In this document: one piece after another, positions 36,972 to 48,911 of the stretch
Numbering within the stretch: position 1 is the stretch's first letter
Layout of the letters: each line of letters starts with the position of its first letter
Assembly (NCBI GenBank): GCA_030390025.1
Contig: CM059438.1
Location: 52,888,001 to 52,952,000, forward strand
Direction of reading: 5' to 3'
Source: Squalus acanthias
Lineage: Eukaryota
DNA: 64,000 bases
The notes under the pieces: generated by a model
Database searches by the model: none
What the model was told of the DNA's origin: nothing
What the model saw: the letters and a program-made list of their open reading frames with translations, nothing else
Made by a program: the position numbers and the translations under genes

Positions 36972-37813
36972 TGTAAGAATATAGGTTTAGGAGGGTGTTT
37001 TAGAGGGACTAGGCTCAAAAGAGTTAAATGACTGAACTGCTAGAACTGCTGTTCTGCAACATACACTGCTTTTAGACTCTCAAACTAACTGACTGCAGGT
37101 GCAGTATGACTAATGATCATACACATCTTGTTATTGCAAACTAAGGAAGGAAGAACAGTTTGAGACTTGAAGCAGTCTATATCATTACCTCTTATGTCTC
37201 CTCTCTGACTGTGGGTATTTGTACTAAGACCTCTTGTTATTTGTTGAAATATAATCAAATATAATCTCCTTTTACTATTTTTCAGCTAGATTGCAGTTTA
37301 ATATTAAGTTTGCTAGACTATAATTTTATTTCTCCTGTGTTAGAATTACAGAAAAGAATGATGCTGAACCTAGGCTTTATTTACAGGTAGAACTCTTGTT
37401 ATCTTCAAGGTCCATAGGGTGAGTCAACTGTAGGAACATAAAAAGCTTGTACTAAGGCTAAAAGATAGATAAGGGGAGCCCAAGGCCTGTGCCTGGACAT
37501 ATACGTGTCGTCCCAATAATTGGACGAATTCTGCCACAGTTTTAGGGTATAACCGAGGGGGTATGGGTCTCTCTCAGTGGAGAAGATCCATGGAGGGCAG
37601 GTGAATGAGCGTATGTGAGTAGGTGGTATGGGGAATGGGTCACGCCTTCTACCCAAAGGACAAGGGGTAATATAATTCTCAATTGTACTTTGTAAACTAC
37701 TGCTTAAATACTGTAATGTATTAATTCTTGCTTATGCCAAATAAAATCATATAATTATAACCAATATGGTGTCAGCGTCGAACAATTGAATAGACAGTCC
37801 AAAAAGGACAACA
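36972..37813 (+). mobile_element. 5' LTR of an LTR retroelement / endogenous retrovirus
   Basis: Begins TGTAAG and ends ACAACA. TATA-like CATAAAAAG at about 37437 and AATAAA at 37740. A PBS follows 3 nt downstream. The left end is inferred. Confidence 0.68.
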
Positions 37814-37816
37814 AAA

Positions 37817-37834
37817 TGGCGACTGCGGCAGGAC
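37817..37834 (+). promoter_or_regulatory. Primer-binding site, tRNA-Arg type
   Basis: TGGCGACTGCGGCAGGAC matches at 17/18 the complement of the vertebrate tRNA-Arg(TCG) 3' end as I recall it (TGGCGACCGCGGCAGGAC). Confidence 0.72.
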
Positions 37835-39908
37835 TTTGACAAATAGTTATATGCATATTCAGTATCAGTAAATTCCTATGACTAACATGGTTGGCCTCCT
37901 AGTTAGTTAAAGAAGGGAACCTTTGGGAGTGTAAGGACACATGCGGTCTACCAGTAGTATTGTGACAGATCATTAACAATGGTAAAGCCCCGAGAAGGCC
38001 CGAGGTAAGAAGTTTGAGAAGTTATGCGTGACAGATTGAGTGTTGTTTTTGATCATTCCAGATGGGGACTTGCATCAAAAGACGACTGAAAAGAAATTAA
38101 AGTTGAAACTGGCACTGAAGTTGATAGCATATGCTGCCAGGTTCTGTGCTGAGAAAAATGAAACACGAGTGGAAGAATTACTGAGTGAAAGGAAACTTAA
38201 AGGCTGTTGGAATTTCAGTGTGTGAAAGTGTGTGTGAATGTGGGGAAATTTCCTGACCTACGAATGTCTAACAAGTGTAAGTATTGCTTTTGTTTGAAAG
38301 TCTGTCTTTAAAATGTCTGTATGATGTTTGATGTTATTGTTAGCACCACCCTCTGTTCTGTTCACAGAGTTAAAAGCACTTTAACCCTCTGTAAGAGTGT
38401 TAAAAAGTTAAAGTGTTAAAAATCTGAATCCCGACCTAAACCCGCCACCACCCGCCCACTTTCGTTTTTAACGGAGGTGGGACGGCGGGCAGCCAATCCA
38501 CTGCCAGGAGACGGGTCATTTATTTAAATATTAAAATGCTTTAACCTCCATTTTGAATTTAACTTTAGCTGGTCGGGTTTTGCACACCTCGTGAAACCCG
38601 CCAGCTAAAGCAAGGTGAGGACTTCTGCATCTAGGAGGTAAGTGCATTTACACTTATCTCCTGGATCCAGACCCTCCTCAAGGCCTGTGATTCCCACCCC
38701 ACCCAGACCTCTGATTCCCCCCTAGGCCTATGCTCCCCACCACCCCCACCTCCCCAAGGCCTACAATCCCCTCACTAGGCCTCCCCCCACAGGCCTCCAC
38801 CCCACCCCATGCTCTTCCGGCCCCTGATCCTCGGGATCCCCCCCTGCTGCTATAGCCGCTCCATGGTCCCCGATCGATCTTCAGATCCCCCCTGCTGCTA
38901 TGGCCTGTTATTGTGATTGACTCCTCCCCCACCTCCTAAGGTTCTGACAAGAAGTAATAAGAATTAGTAAATTGGTTTGAGAAGAAAAAAAACAATGAAT
39001 TAATCTATGATGGAATAAATAAGGCAAATAGGGAAAGATTGTACATATTTTGCCAACACTTTCATGGAAGGTAAAAGACGAAGTCCTCTGACTGAATTAC
39101 TTGGGTCAAGAATGAGTGAAATCTCTTGCTTTGTGATTGAGCACAAATCTCTCCACTTGAATCTCCCATTCCTTCGCTAAAATGGAGGATATTAATTTAT
39201 AGAATGGAGCGAGATCTGATAAATGACATTGTTGCGAGCAAAGATCACCAGAACAAAATGCGAGCTTTATGCTTTCCAAAAGTGGTGGGTCAGCTAATCC
39301 TGCTGCGGGAGGAGATGGTGAAGAGGAGTAGGATATGAGTAGGCTAAGTTTGGACCAGTCTTACGTGATAGTAAAGCATGTTTGCTTTTGTGTGTGCATG
39401 TGTTTTAGGAGGAAAGCTTTCCTACAATCTAGTTAATCCTATTTTAAACCTGTTCCCAAAACTGATCCTTTTACAATTTTGCCTTGATACCTTCCCTTTG
39501 ATGGACAAGTTCCCAATCAGAGGCATTACCCATGCCTGAAGCTTACCTGTCATATAATTCAACCAGGGTCAGCGCACTACAGGTTGTACGGCTGCGGTTT
39601 GCGCACCACTCAACAATGCCCGATTAGGAAATCTAGGCTACGGAGTTGTGAGCACTTTAAATACCTTCATTTGTAGCTGATATCAGTGTCAGTCCAGTGC
39701 TTAGTTAAGGGTTTCACTAAAACTCTTTCAAACTGTCACAGTCAGTGGGGGAGAAAGTTGTGTGTTTAGCACCACACATTAGCGCCACACGTTAGCACCA
39801 CGAAATGGCACTAAAATGCCGTCCAGCGCTCTACTGCCAACTGATGGCGGTTCCAGCGGCGCATGCCATACCATCTTGCTGGTAGCACTGCCGCTAAACT
39901 CGATCAAA

Positions 39909-42900
39909 AGAACATAAGAAATAGGAGCAGGAGTAGGCCATTCGGCCCCTTGAGCCTGCTCCGCCATTCAATAAGATCATGGCTGATCTGATATAGGCCT
40001 CAACTCCACTTTTCTGCCTGTTCCCCATAACCCTTGACTCCCCTTTAGTTCAAAAATCTATCTATCTCAGCCTTGAATATATTCAATGACTCAGACTCCA
40101 CAGCTCTCTGGAGTAGAGAATTCCAAAGATTCACGACCCTTTGAGAGAAGAAATTCCTCCTCATCTCCATCTTAAATGGGCCACCCCTTATTCTGAAACT
40201 ATGCCCCCTAGTTCTAGATTTCCCCATGAGGGGAAACATTCTCTCAGCATCTACCCTATCAAACCCCCTCAAAATCTTATATGTTTCAATAAGATCACCT
40301 CTCATTCTTCTAAACTCCAATGAGTATAGGTCCAACCTGCTCAACCTTTCCTCATAAGACAACTCCTTCATCCCAGGAATCAACCTAGTGAACCTTCTCT
40401 GAACTACCTTCAATGCAAATATATCCCTCCTTAAATAAGGAGACCAAAACTGTACGCAGTACTCTAGGTGTGGTCTCACCACGCCCTGTACAGTTGTAGC
40501 AAGACTTCCCTACTTTTATATTCCATCCCCCTTGCCATAAAGGCCAACATTCCATTTGCCTTCCTAATCACTTGCTGTACCTGCATGCTAACTTTTTGTG
40601 TTTCATGTATGAGGACACCCAGATCCCTCTGTACCACAGCATTCTGTAGTCTCCATTTAAATAATGTTTTGCTTTTCTATTCTTCCTACCAAAGTGGATA
40701 ACCTCACATTTTCCCACATTATACTCCATCCTCCAAATTCTTGCCCACTCACTTAACCTATCTATATCCCTTTGCAGACTCTTTGTGTCCTCCTCACAAC
40801 TTGCTTTCCCACCTATCTTTGTATCATCAGCAAATTTGGCTACAGTACACTCGGTCCCTTCGTCTAAGTCATTAATATAGATTGTAAATAGTTAAGCCCC
40901 AGCCCTGATCCCCGTGGCACCCTACTAGTTACAGTTTGCCAACCTGAAAATGACCCATTTATCCCGACTCTGTTTTCTGTTAGTTAGCCAATCCTCTATC
41001 TATGCTAATATATTACCCCCAACACCATGAGCTCGTATCTTGAGCAGTAACCTTTTATGTTGAACCTTATCGAATGCCTTTTGGAAATCCAAATACACTA
41101 CATCTACTGGTTCCCCTTTATTCACCCTGCTCGAAGAACCTCATCCTCAAAGAACTCTAATAAATTTGTCAAACACGATTTCCCTTTCATAAAACCATGT
41201 TGACTCTGCTTGATTGTATTATGATTTTTTAAATGTCCTGCTACTACTTCCTTATTAATGGATTCAAGTTTTTTAGTGTCTTCTACCATGAAGACAGATA
41301 CAAAATATTTGTTCAAAGTCTCTGCCATTTCCTTGTTTCCCATTATTAATTCCCCAGTCTCATCCTCTAAGGGACCAACATTTACTTAAGCTACTCTCTT
41401 CCTTTTTATATACTTGTAGAAGCTCTTACTGTCCATTTTTATATTTCTTGCTAGTTTACTCTCATCATCTATCTTCTCCCTCTTTATTATTTTTTTAGTC
41501 ATCCTTTGCAAGTTTCTAATAATTTCCCAATCTTCTGGCCTACCACTAATCTTCACAACATTGTATGCCTGTTCTTTCAATTTGATACCCTCCTTAACTT
41601 CCTTAGTAAGCCACGGATGGTTCATCCTTCTCACTGGAATATATCTTTGTTGAGAGTTATGAAATATCTCCTTAAAAGTTTGCCACTACTTATCTACCAT
41701 CTTACTTTTTAATCTATTTTCCAAGTCCACTTTAGCCAACTGTCTTTATACCCTTGTAATTACCTTTATTTAAGTTTAAGACACTAGTTTCAGACCCATG
41801 TTTCTTGCCCTCAAACTGAATGTGAAATTCTATCACTCTTCCCTAGAGGATCCTTTACTATGAGATCATTAATTAATCCTGTCTCATTACATGCTACCAG
41901 ATCTAAAATAGCCTGTTCCCTGGTTGGTTCCACAACATATTGTTCTAAGAAATTGTCCTAAATACACTCTATTAACTCGTCCTCAATGCTACCTTTGCCA
42001 ATTTGATTTGTCCAATCTATATGAAGATTAAAATCGCCCACGATTATTGCAGTACCTTTCTTACAAGCCCCCATTATTTCTTGAATTATAATCTGTCCCA
42101 TAGTGTAGCTACTGTTAGGGGGCCTATAGATTACTCCCACCAGTGACCTCTTTCCATTATTTCTTATCTCCACCCAAACTGAATCTACATCTTGATCTTC
42201 CGAGCCAAGATCATTTCTCACTACGTCTCTGTAATGGCTATCAGATCATAGAAACATAGAATCTAGGAGCAGGAGTAGGCCATTCGGCCCGTCGAGCCGG
42301 CTCCACCATTCAATACGATCATGGCTGATCATCCAAATCCAGCACCCTGCCCCTGCTTTAATCCCCACAATACACCCTACCCCTGTAACCCCACGTATTT
42401 AATTCCCCCTAACATATCCCATCCTATCTCCATAACCCCACATATTTAATCCCCCCCTAACACTAAGGGTCAATTTATCATAGCCAAATCAACCTAACCC
42501 GCAAATCAACCTAACATACCCATTTATTTCTATTTGTGCCATCAATTCATCTATCTTGTCACGAATGCTGCATGCATTCAGATAAAGAGCCTTTAATTTT
42601 GTCTTTTTACCATTTTTCCCTACTCTGATCCCATTTGCTGGTACACTCTTATGCTTGTATGCTCTGTCCCTTCCTGTCACACTCTGGTTATCACTACCAC
42701 TATCGCTACCCTGCACTATTGTCTTTAACTTTCTAAGTTTCCCCTCACCTGAACCCTTCCCCCCAACTATTTAGTTTAAAGCCGTATCTACAGCCCTAGT
42801 TATTCAATTCGCCAGGACACTGGTCTCAGCACTGTTCAAGTGAAGCCAGTTCAAACGGAACAGCTCCCTCTTTCCCCAGTACTGGTGCCAGTGCCCCATG

Positions 42901-43985
42901 AATTGAAATCCATTTCTCCCACACCAGTCCTTGAGCCATGCATTCAACTCTCTGATTTTATTGACCCTATGCCAATTTGCTCGTGGCTCAGGTAGTAATC
43001 CAGAGATTATTACCTTTGTGGTTCTGCTTTTTAATTTAGCCCCTAGTTGCTCATATTCCCTCTTTCTTAGTTCTACCTATGTCATTGGTACCTATGTGGA
43101 CCACGACAACTGGATCCTTCCCGTCTCACTCCAAGTTCCTATCCAGCCCCGAGGAGATGTCCTTAACCCCGGCACCGGGCAGGCAACGCGGCCTTCGGGA
43201 CTCACGCTCTCGGCTGCAGAGAACAGCATCTATACCCCTAACTATACTGTCCTCCACCACTACTATATTCCTTTTTATTCCCCCAACTTGAATGGCTCCC
43301 TGCAGTCCCTGCTCTTGTCCACACAGGCTGCAAGAACCTCGTAGCTGTTGGACAAGTGCAAGGGCCGAGGCTCCTCCAATGCTACCTTCTGATCCCCATA
43401 CCTGCCTCACTCATAGTCACACCCTCCTTTCCCTGACCATGGACCAAATCTGAAGTATTTAATCTAAGGGGCGTGACTGCCTCCTGGAACAAAGTGTCCA
43501 GGTAATTTTCTCCCTCTCTGATGTATCGCAGTGTCTGAAGCTTGGACTCCAGCTCATCAACTCTGAGCCGAAGTTCCTCGTGCTGCAGACACTTACTGCA
43601 GATGTGGTTGCTGTTGGTCACACCGGGGTCCACTAGCTCCCACATGGTACAGCTGCAACACATCACCTGCCCTGCCATCTCTATTGTATTTTATTTAACT
43701 AATTAGGTTTTCAAGTTTTGAAACACTCAATTGTCTATTAATAGTTTTTAATCTAGGTAATAACCTTGTTTAATTTTTTTAATTTAGCTATATGCTTTAG
43801 GTCTTTACTGTAACTTAGCCCACAGTCCTAATTTAACCCTAGTTGTTTATATATTTTTTTTATTATGTATCAAGCAGCACCTCTTACCCCCCACCTCACC
43901 GAATTCCCTCACTCACCAAATTCCTGAGTTTAGTACTCTGTAGAAACAGTACTCCGTAGAACTGGACTCCGTGCTACTTACCTCC
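39909..43985 (-). mobile_element. CR1 LINE with internal deletions, broken ORF1 and ORF2
   Basis: 3' tail at 39909. ORF2 fragments at 40045-42716. ORF1 from ATG 43678 (MAGQVMCCSC..CSKC). Confidence 0.88.
42251..42514 (-). mobile_element. 5'-truncated HE1-like SINE
   Basis: Near-identical to the 3' portion of the SINE at 44541-44975. Flanked by CATA. Confidence 0.82.
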
Positions 43986-44333
43986 CAATCACCGGGACAT
44001 TGCAATTATGAAGATCATGACATCAGTGAGTGTGCAAAGCTCACTTGACACCCGTTTTGGGCATTGAAGTTACCAGCTGGAGAAAGCAATGACAGGTTGA
44101 GGTGGCGTGCAGCAGCAGGAAGCCGGCTTCAGCGATGCTACTTAAAGGGATCATCACCAATCACTCGCAACTGACAGGGTTTGCAGTTTGAGTGGCTGTG
44201 TGCTACTTGCTGCAACTGCAAGAGTTTAAAAAAAATTATTTCAAGATTATTTGGTATTAGGGAGTGTTCTGGCAAGTACAAAACTCCCTCATTATTTTTG
44301 AAACGCTTCAAACTACAACACTTGCTAAAAGTC

Positions 44334-45845
44334 ATGGCGGCTGTACTGGCACTCGACCTCGCCCTCCAGGATCTATGGTGGAGGGAGCGGAGGCAGTGAG
44401 AAAGATGGGAACATGTGCGCAGAGGGAGGAGGAGGGCCATCAGGGCTCTCAACAGGAGGACATACTCTCCTAGGGTATTCAGACAGCACTTCTCCTACCT
44501 TCAATTAAGCGAGGAGCAGTGTATTAGGAGGCTTCGCTTCACATAGAAACATAGAATCTAGGAGCAGGAGTAGGCCATTCGGCCCATCGAGCCTGCTCCA
44601 CCATTCAATACGATCATGGCTGATCATCCAAATCCAGTACCCTGTCCCTGCTTTAATCCCCACAGTACACATATCCCACCCTACCCCCGTAACCCCACGT
44701 ATTTAATTCCCCCTAACATATCCCATCCTATCCTATCCCCATAACCCCACATATTTAATCCCCCCCTAACACTAAGGGTCAATTTATCATAGCCAAATCA
44801 ACCTAACCCGCACATTTTTGGACTGTGGGAGGAAACCGGAGCACCCGGAGGAAACCCACGCAGACACGGGGAGAATGTGCAAACTCCACACAGACAGTCA
44901 CCCGAGGTCAGATTCGAACCCGGGTCTCTGGCGCTGTGAGGCACCAGTGCTAACCACTATGCCACCGTGAAGCCCAACTCTGCCACCTCCTGCAACCAGA
45001 CCTCCAGCTTCAGACCAGGGTGACCACAGCTCTCCCAGGTGCAGTCAAGGTCACCACGGCCCTCAATTTATTCGCCAGCAGATCTTTCCAGTCTGCATCC
45101 GGGAGGTCACTGAGGCTGTTTACACCAGGAGAAGGGACTACATTGGCTTCCCGATCACCAGATAGAAGCAGGACGAGCATGCATGTGGCTTTGCCAAGAT
45201 GGCAGGCTTCCCCATGGTGCAGGGTGCAATGGACTACGCCCACGTGGCTTTGCGGCCACCACATAACAATCCTGAGCTCTTCCGTAACCGTAATGTGCAA
45301 TTGGTGTGCAACCACACACAGCGAATCCTCAATGTCAGTGCCCGTTATCCTGGCAGCAGCCATGATGCCTTCATCCTGTGCCAGACCGGTGTGCCAGCAC
45401 TCTTCCAGCCACCATGTCAAGCTCAAGGGTGGCTGCCCGGAAACAAGGACTATCCGTTCTCCACTTGGCTGATGACGCCCCTCCGCAACCCCAACACTCG
45501 TGCTCAGCACTCATATAATGAGAGGCATGCTGCCACCAGGAACATCATTGAGCAGACCATTGGCCTACTGAAGCAATGATTCTGCCGCCTTGACTGCTTG
45601 GGAGGAGCCCTCCAGTACGCGGCTGAGCGGGTGCTCCATTTTGTGGTGGTCTGCTGCATGCTCCACAACTTGGCCATCATGAGGGCGCAGCCCTTGCCAC
45701 CAGGGATTGCGGGACCACCTCAGGAGGAGGACAAGGGAGAGGAGGAGGATGAGGAGGAGGAACATGAGGGAGGGTGGAGGCAGCAAGACAATCGGCCTGC
45801 TGGACGGGCTTTCCGTGACTGGCTCATCAGACTCCAAATCGAAGG
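44334..45845 (+). pseudogene. Harbinger DDE transposase (copy 3), disrupted and interrupted by a SINE
   Basis: Motifs [36 protein letters not shown] and CCMLHN. Confidence 0.85.
44541..44975 (-). mobile_element. Full-length tRNA-derived HE1/V-SINE-like element with CR1-type tail
   Basis: The minus-strand head has an A box (TGGCATAGTGG) and a B box (GGTTCGAATC). The middle is V-domain-like (GTTTCCTCCGGGTGCTCCGGTTTCCTCCCAC). The 3' tail is shared with local CR1s. Confidence 0.88.
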
Positions 45846-46038
45846 AATGAAACCCCAGATCCCCGTAGCTCACCACATCCCTATCATACCATCCCTGTCT
45901 CATGCAATATCACAGCGTCCTCCTGGGCGCAAAGCTGAAATGAGAGACACCACAAAAGATTCCAAACACAATTAATAAATTTATCTATAAACATATCACA
46001 TGAATACTATTAACTAATCACCCTTGTGCAATCCCTTA

Positions 46039-46737
46039 GGGCTGGATTTTGAATGACCCATGGAGTCGGGTTTGGAGGCGTGTGGGGGGTTAAATTTGCG
46101 GGGTCGGGGGTCCCGACCCCACCCCGACTCCCTCCCACCTCCACGCAATTTTGACAAAATCAGTCGCAGGGTTCCCGACTCCGTCCCGCCTCCAAGAGGC
46201 GGGAGAGGCCATTAAAGCCCTTAACAAGCTCTAAATTGGCTCTGTAATGCAATTTTGAAACGTTTTAGCTAGTTTAACCCTTTTCTGACATGAAGCACGC
46301 CTGGTGTGAAACACTCCAGTGAAACCTGGCGGGAGCACAAGTGGATAGCTGACTATCGGCTGCAGGTCCACTATTACAACGGAGATGTGATGAAGGTAGT
46401 AGTAGTATTAGGTGTGAAAGTCTCCTCTGATGCTGCTGCATTGAATGTCTTCAGAGACTGCATGGCATTTGGTGTGAGAGGACTTGGATGGAAAAAAATT
46501 CTCTCTCTCTCTCTCTCACCAACAGTCTCTCAGACTAGGCAGTCAGCAATGATGACATCATCAGAGGCGACTTTCAGACTCAAACCACTAATTAGTTCTT
46601 GGGTTCCCACATGCTGGAACTCAATTGCCCAATTAAGTAAAAATTGCATCATTCATCCATATTAATCTGGAGTCGGGGGGGAAACACGAAATGCGGATGA
46701 CACGACCCCAACCCGACCCCAAGACAAAATCCAGCCC
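46039..46737. mobile_element. Non-autonomous Harbinger (MITE), deletion derivative of the 1791-6075 family
   Basis: TIRs GGGCTGGATTTTG / CAAAATCCAGCCC with TSD TTA. The left part resembles 1791-2100 and the right part resembles about 5880-6075. Confidence 0.92.
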
Positions 46738-48120
46738 TTAGTGTCTGTCATTCGTGTGCCTTTTCCTACTCTAGTGCTCCTATGCTGTGAGCCCCCAGTG
46801 GCTGCAGCACAGCTGGTGGAAGGCTGCTGAGTTTCCGTGCGGGAGACTTCAGATGGCCTTACAGGACGACATCAACCAGCTGCAGACCTAGAAGGCCCGG
46901 CTGTAGACTGCACCACCGTGGCAGGTGTGACAGCAATCTGGGCTGGCTGGCTGACAGGCAGTGGCAAGGGCAGTGGTGGAGTGGCAGTGTTAGGAACAGG
47001 AACGCTGTCATCCTGAGAGAGGACAGCAGGTTCCTGCTCCACAGACCCACTGCCACTCCCCCGGGGCGGCGCCTCAACATTCCTAGCAATCTGTTGGAGC
47101 ACAGATTGCTGGCCTGCTGCGACACAGTGAAAGCCCCGGTCGACGGTGGTAGACCCAGCCATGATGGCAGCAGTCAGAGCTTGGGTGGCTTCAAGCCGAG
47201 ACTGCATGAGAGCAGTCTGAGCTTGGGAGGCATCACACTGAGACTGCATGAGAGCAGTCACAGCTTGGATGCCACCAAGCAGAGACTGCATGAGAGCAGT
47301 CTGAGCTTCCGCTGCAACACTAAGACGTGGGGTCGCTTCCGTCTGTGCTGCAATGGAAGCTGTGACATCGCTCATCATGCGCGGCATCATGTCTGGGTGG
47401 CCACGGTTTCTCTGGGAGTGCACCGTCATTTCCAGACTGAAAATCCTGGGCTCCATGCTCTGCGTAGAGCTCCGTGCAATGTTGGAAGCAGACTCCTCCA
47501 TGCTCCTTACCATTGCCGCAAGGCTCCCTGGCAGCTATGCCATTGCACCTATCATTTCTGTGTGCATGCCCATCACCCTTCTTCTGAAGGCCTCCCCATC
47601 GAGGTCCTCGTCTGATTCCTGTGCAGCAGAACTCGCATGCAAACTCGCCCTCTGGGGAGCTAGCTCCTGGCCTTGCTGCAGCCCACTCATGCCAGGTGTC
47701 GCACCCTGTGCAGATCCCGCTTCTATACTACCCTCTAAAGTATGTGTAGTGCTAATATCTGAGCTGGTGTCTGCAAGTGACAGATGCAGTGATGCGGTGT
47801 CTTCTTCTTCCTCCTCTTCTCCCCGCTCGTTTTATGCAGTGCCCTCGGGGACAGGCTGCTCGGATGCTTGCTGATTATCTGAAATCAGAAAGGCACAAGA
47901 GTCGGGTTATGGTGAGGGGAGGGGGGGACAGGAAGGCAGAAATGCATACATACAGCATGAGTAGCTTGAAAGTGAGAAACGATCGTGGGCTGCGGGGGAA
48001 GTGAGATGTGAGAAGGATTAGGAATGAACAAAGGGGTCAACATCGCCAGTAGTCACGGTGCAAACGACCTGGCACCCAATGATCTGCAGCACTTGAGTCT
48101 CCAGCTGGCTCAGCTTTTCA

Positions 48121-48394
48121 TAGAAACATAGAAACATAGAATCTAGGAGCAGGAGTAGGCCATTCGGCCCGTCGAGCCTGCTCCACCATTCAATACGATC
48201 ATGGCTGATCATCCAAATCCAGTACCCTGTCCCCTGCTTTAATCCCCACAGTACACATATCCCACCCTACCCCCGTCACCCCACGTATTTAATTCCCCCT
48301 AACATATCCCATCCTATCCCCATAATCCCACATATTTAATCCCCCCTAACACTAAGGGTCAATTTATCATAGCCAAATCAACCTAACCCGCACA
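48121..48394 (-). mobile_element. 5'-truncated HE1-like SINE
   Basis: Near-identical to 44541-44815. TSD TTTTCA at 48115-48120 and 48395-48400. Confidence 0.85.
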
Positions 48395-48911
48395 TTTTCA
48401 GTGTGGGCTTGGCCCCTGCCTGTCCGCTCCTGCTCCCGGTGATTAAGCGCCACCTTGGCCTGCAAGAGAAAGGGAAGTGTGTGAATGTGCTTGGGTGATG
48501 TGCCTGCCATAGTTGAATAGTTGTCATTGTGTGCAAGGTGTGAGATGTGGGTGTTAGTGTTGCTAGGTAGAGATTGTTGGTGGGTGAGTGCTGGGGGTGT
48601 GATGCATTGAGCTGTGTGTGAAGCTTGTGGTACAGACGGTGGTATGTAGCATTTGCTGAAGCATTCACTCACCCTGACCACCCATGTGAGAACATAAGAA
48701 ATAGGAGCAGGAGTAGGCCAATTGGCCCCTCGAGCCTGCTCCGCCATTCAATAAGATCATGGCTGATCTGATCCTAACCGCCAATCTACTATCACAGAAC
48801 CATCTCCTGAACCTAACAGAATTGGACACACGAAATAGGAGCAGGATCAGGCTACACGGCCCCTGGGCCCGCTACACTACCCACAGGGCCATGACCGATC
48901 CGAACCTAGAC

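Noticed and set aside
44900..44975. tRNA gene
   Set aside because: The A and B boxes are the head of a SINE that continues into a V-domain-like body and CR1 tail. The same applies at about 56160-56218.
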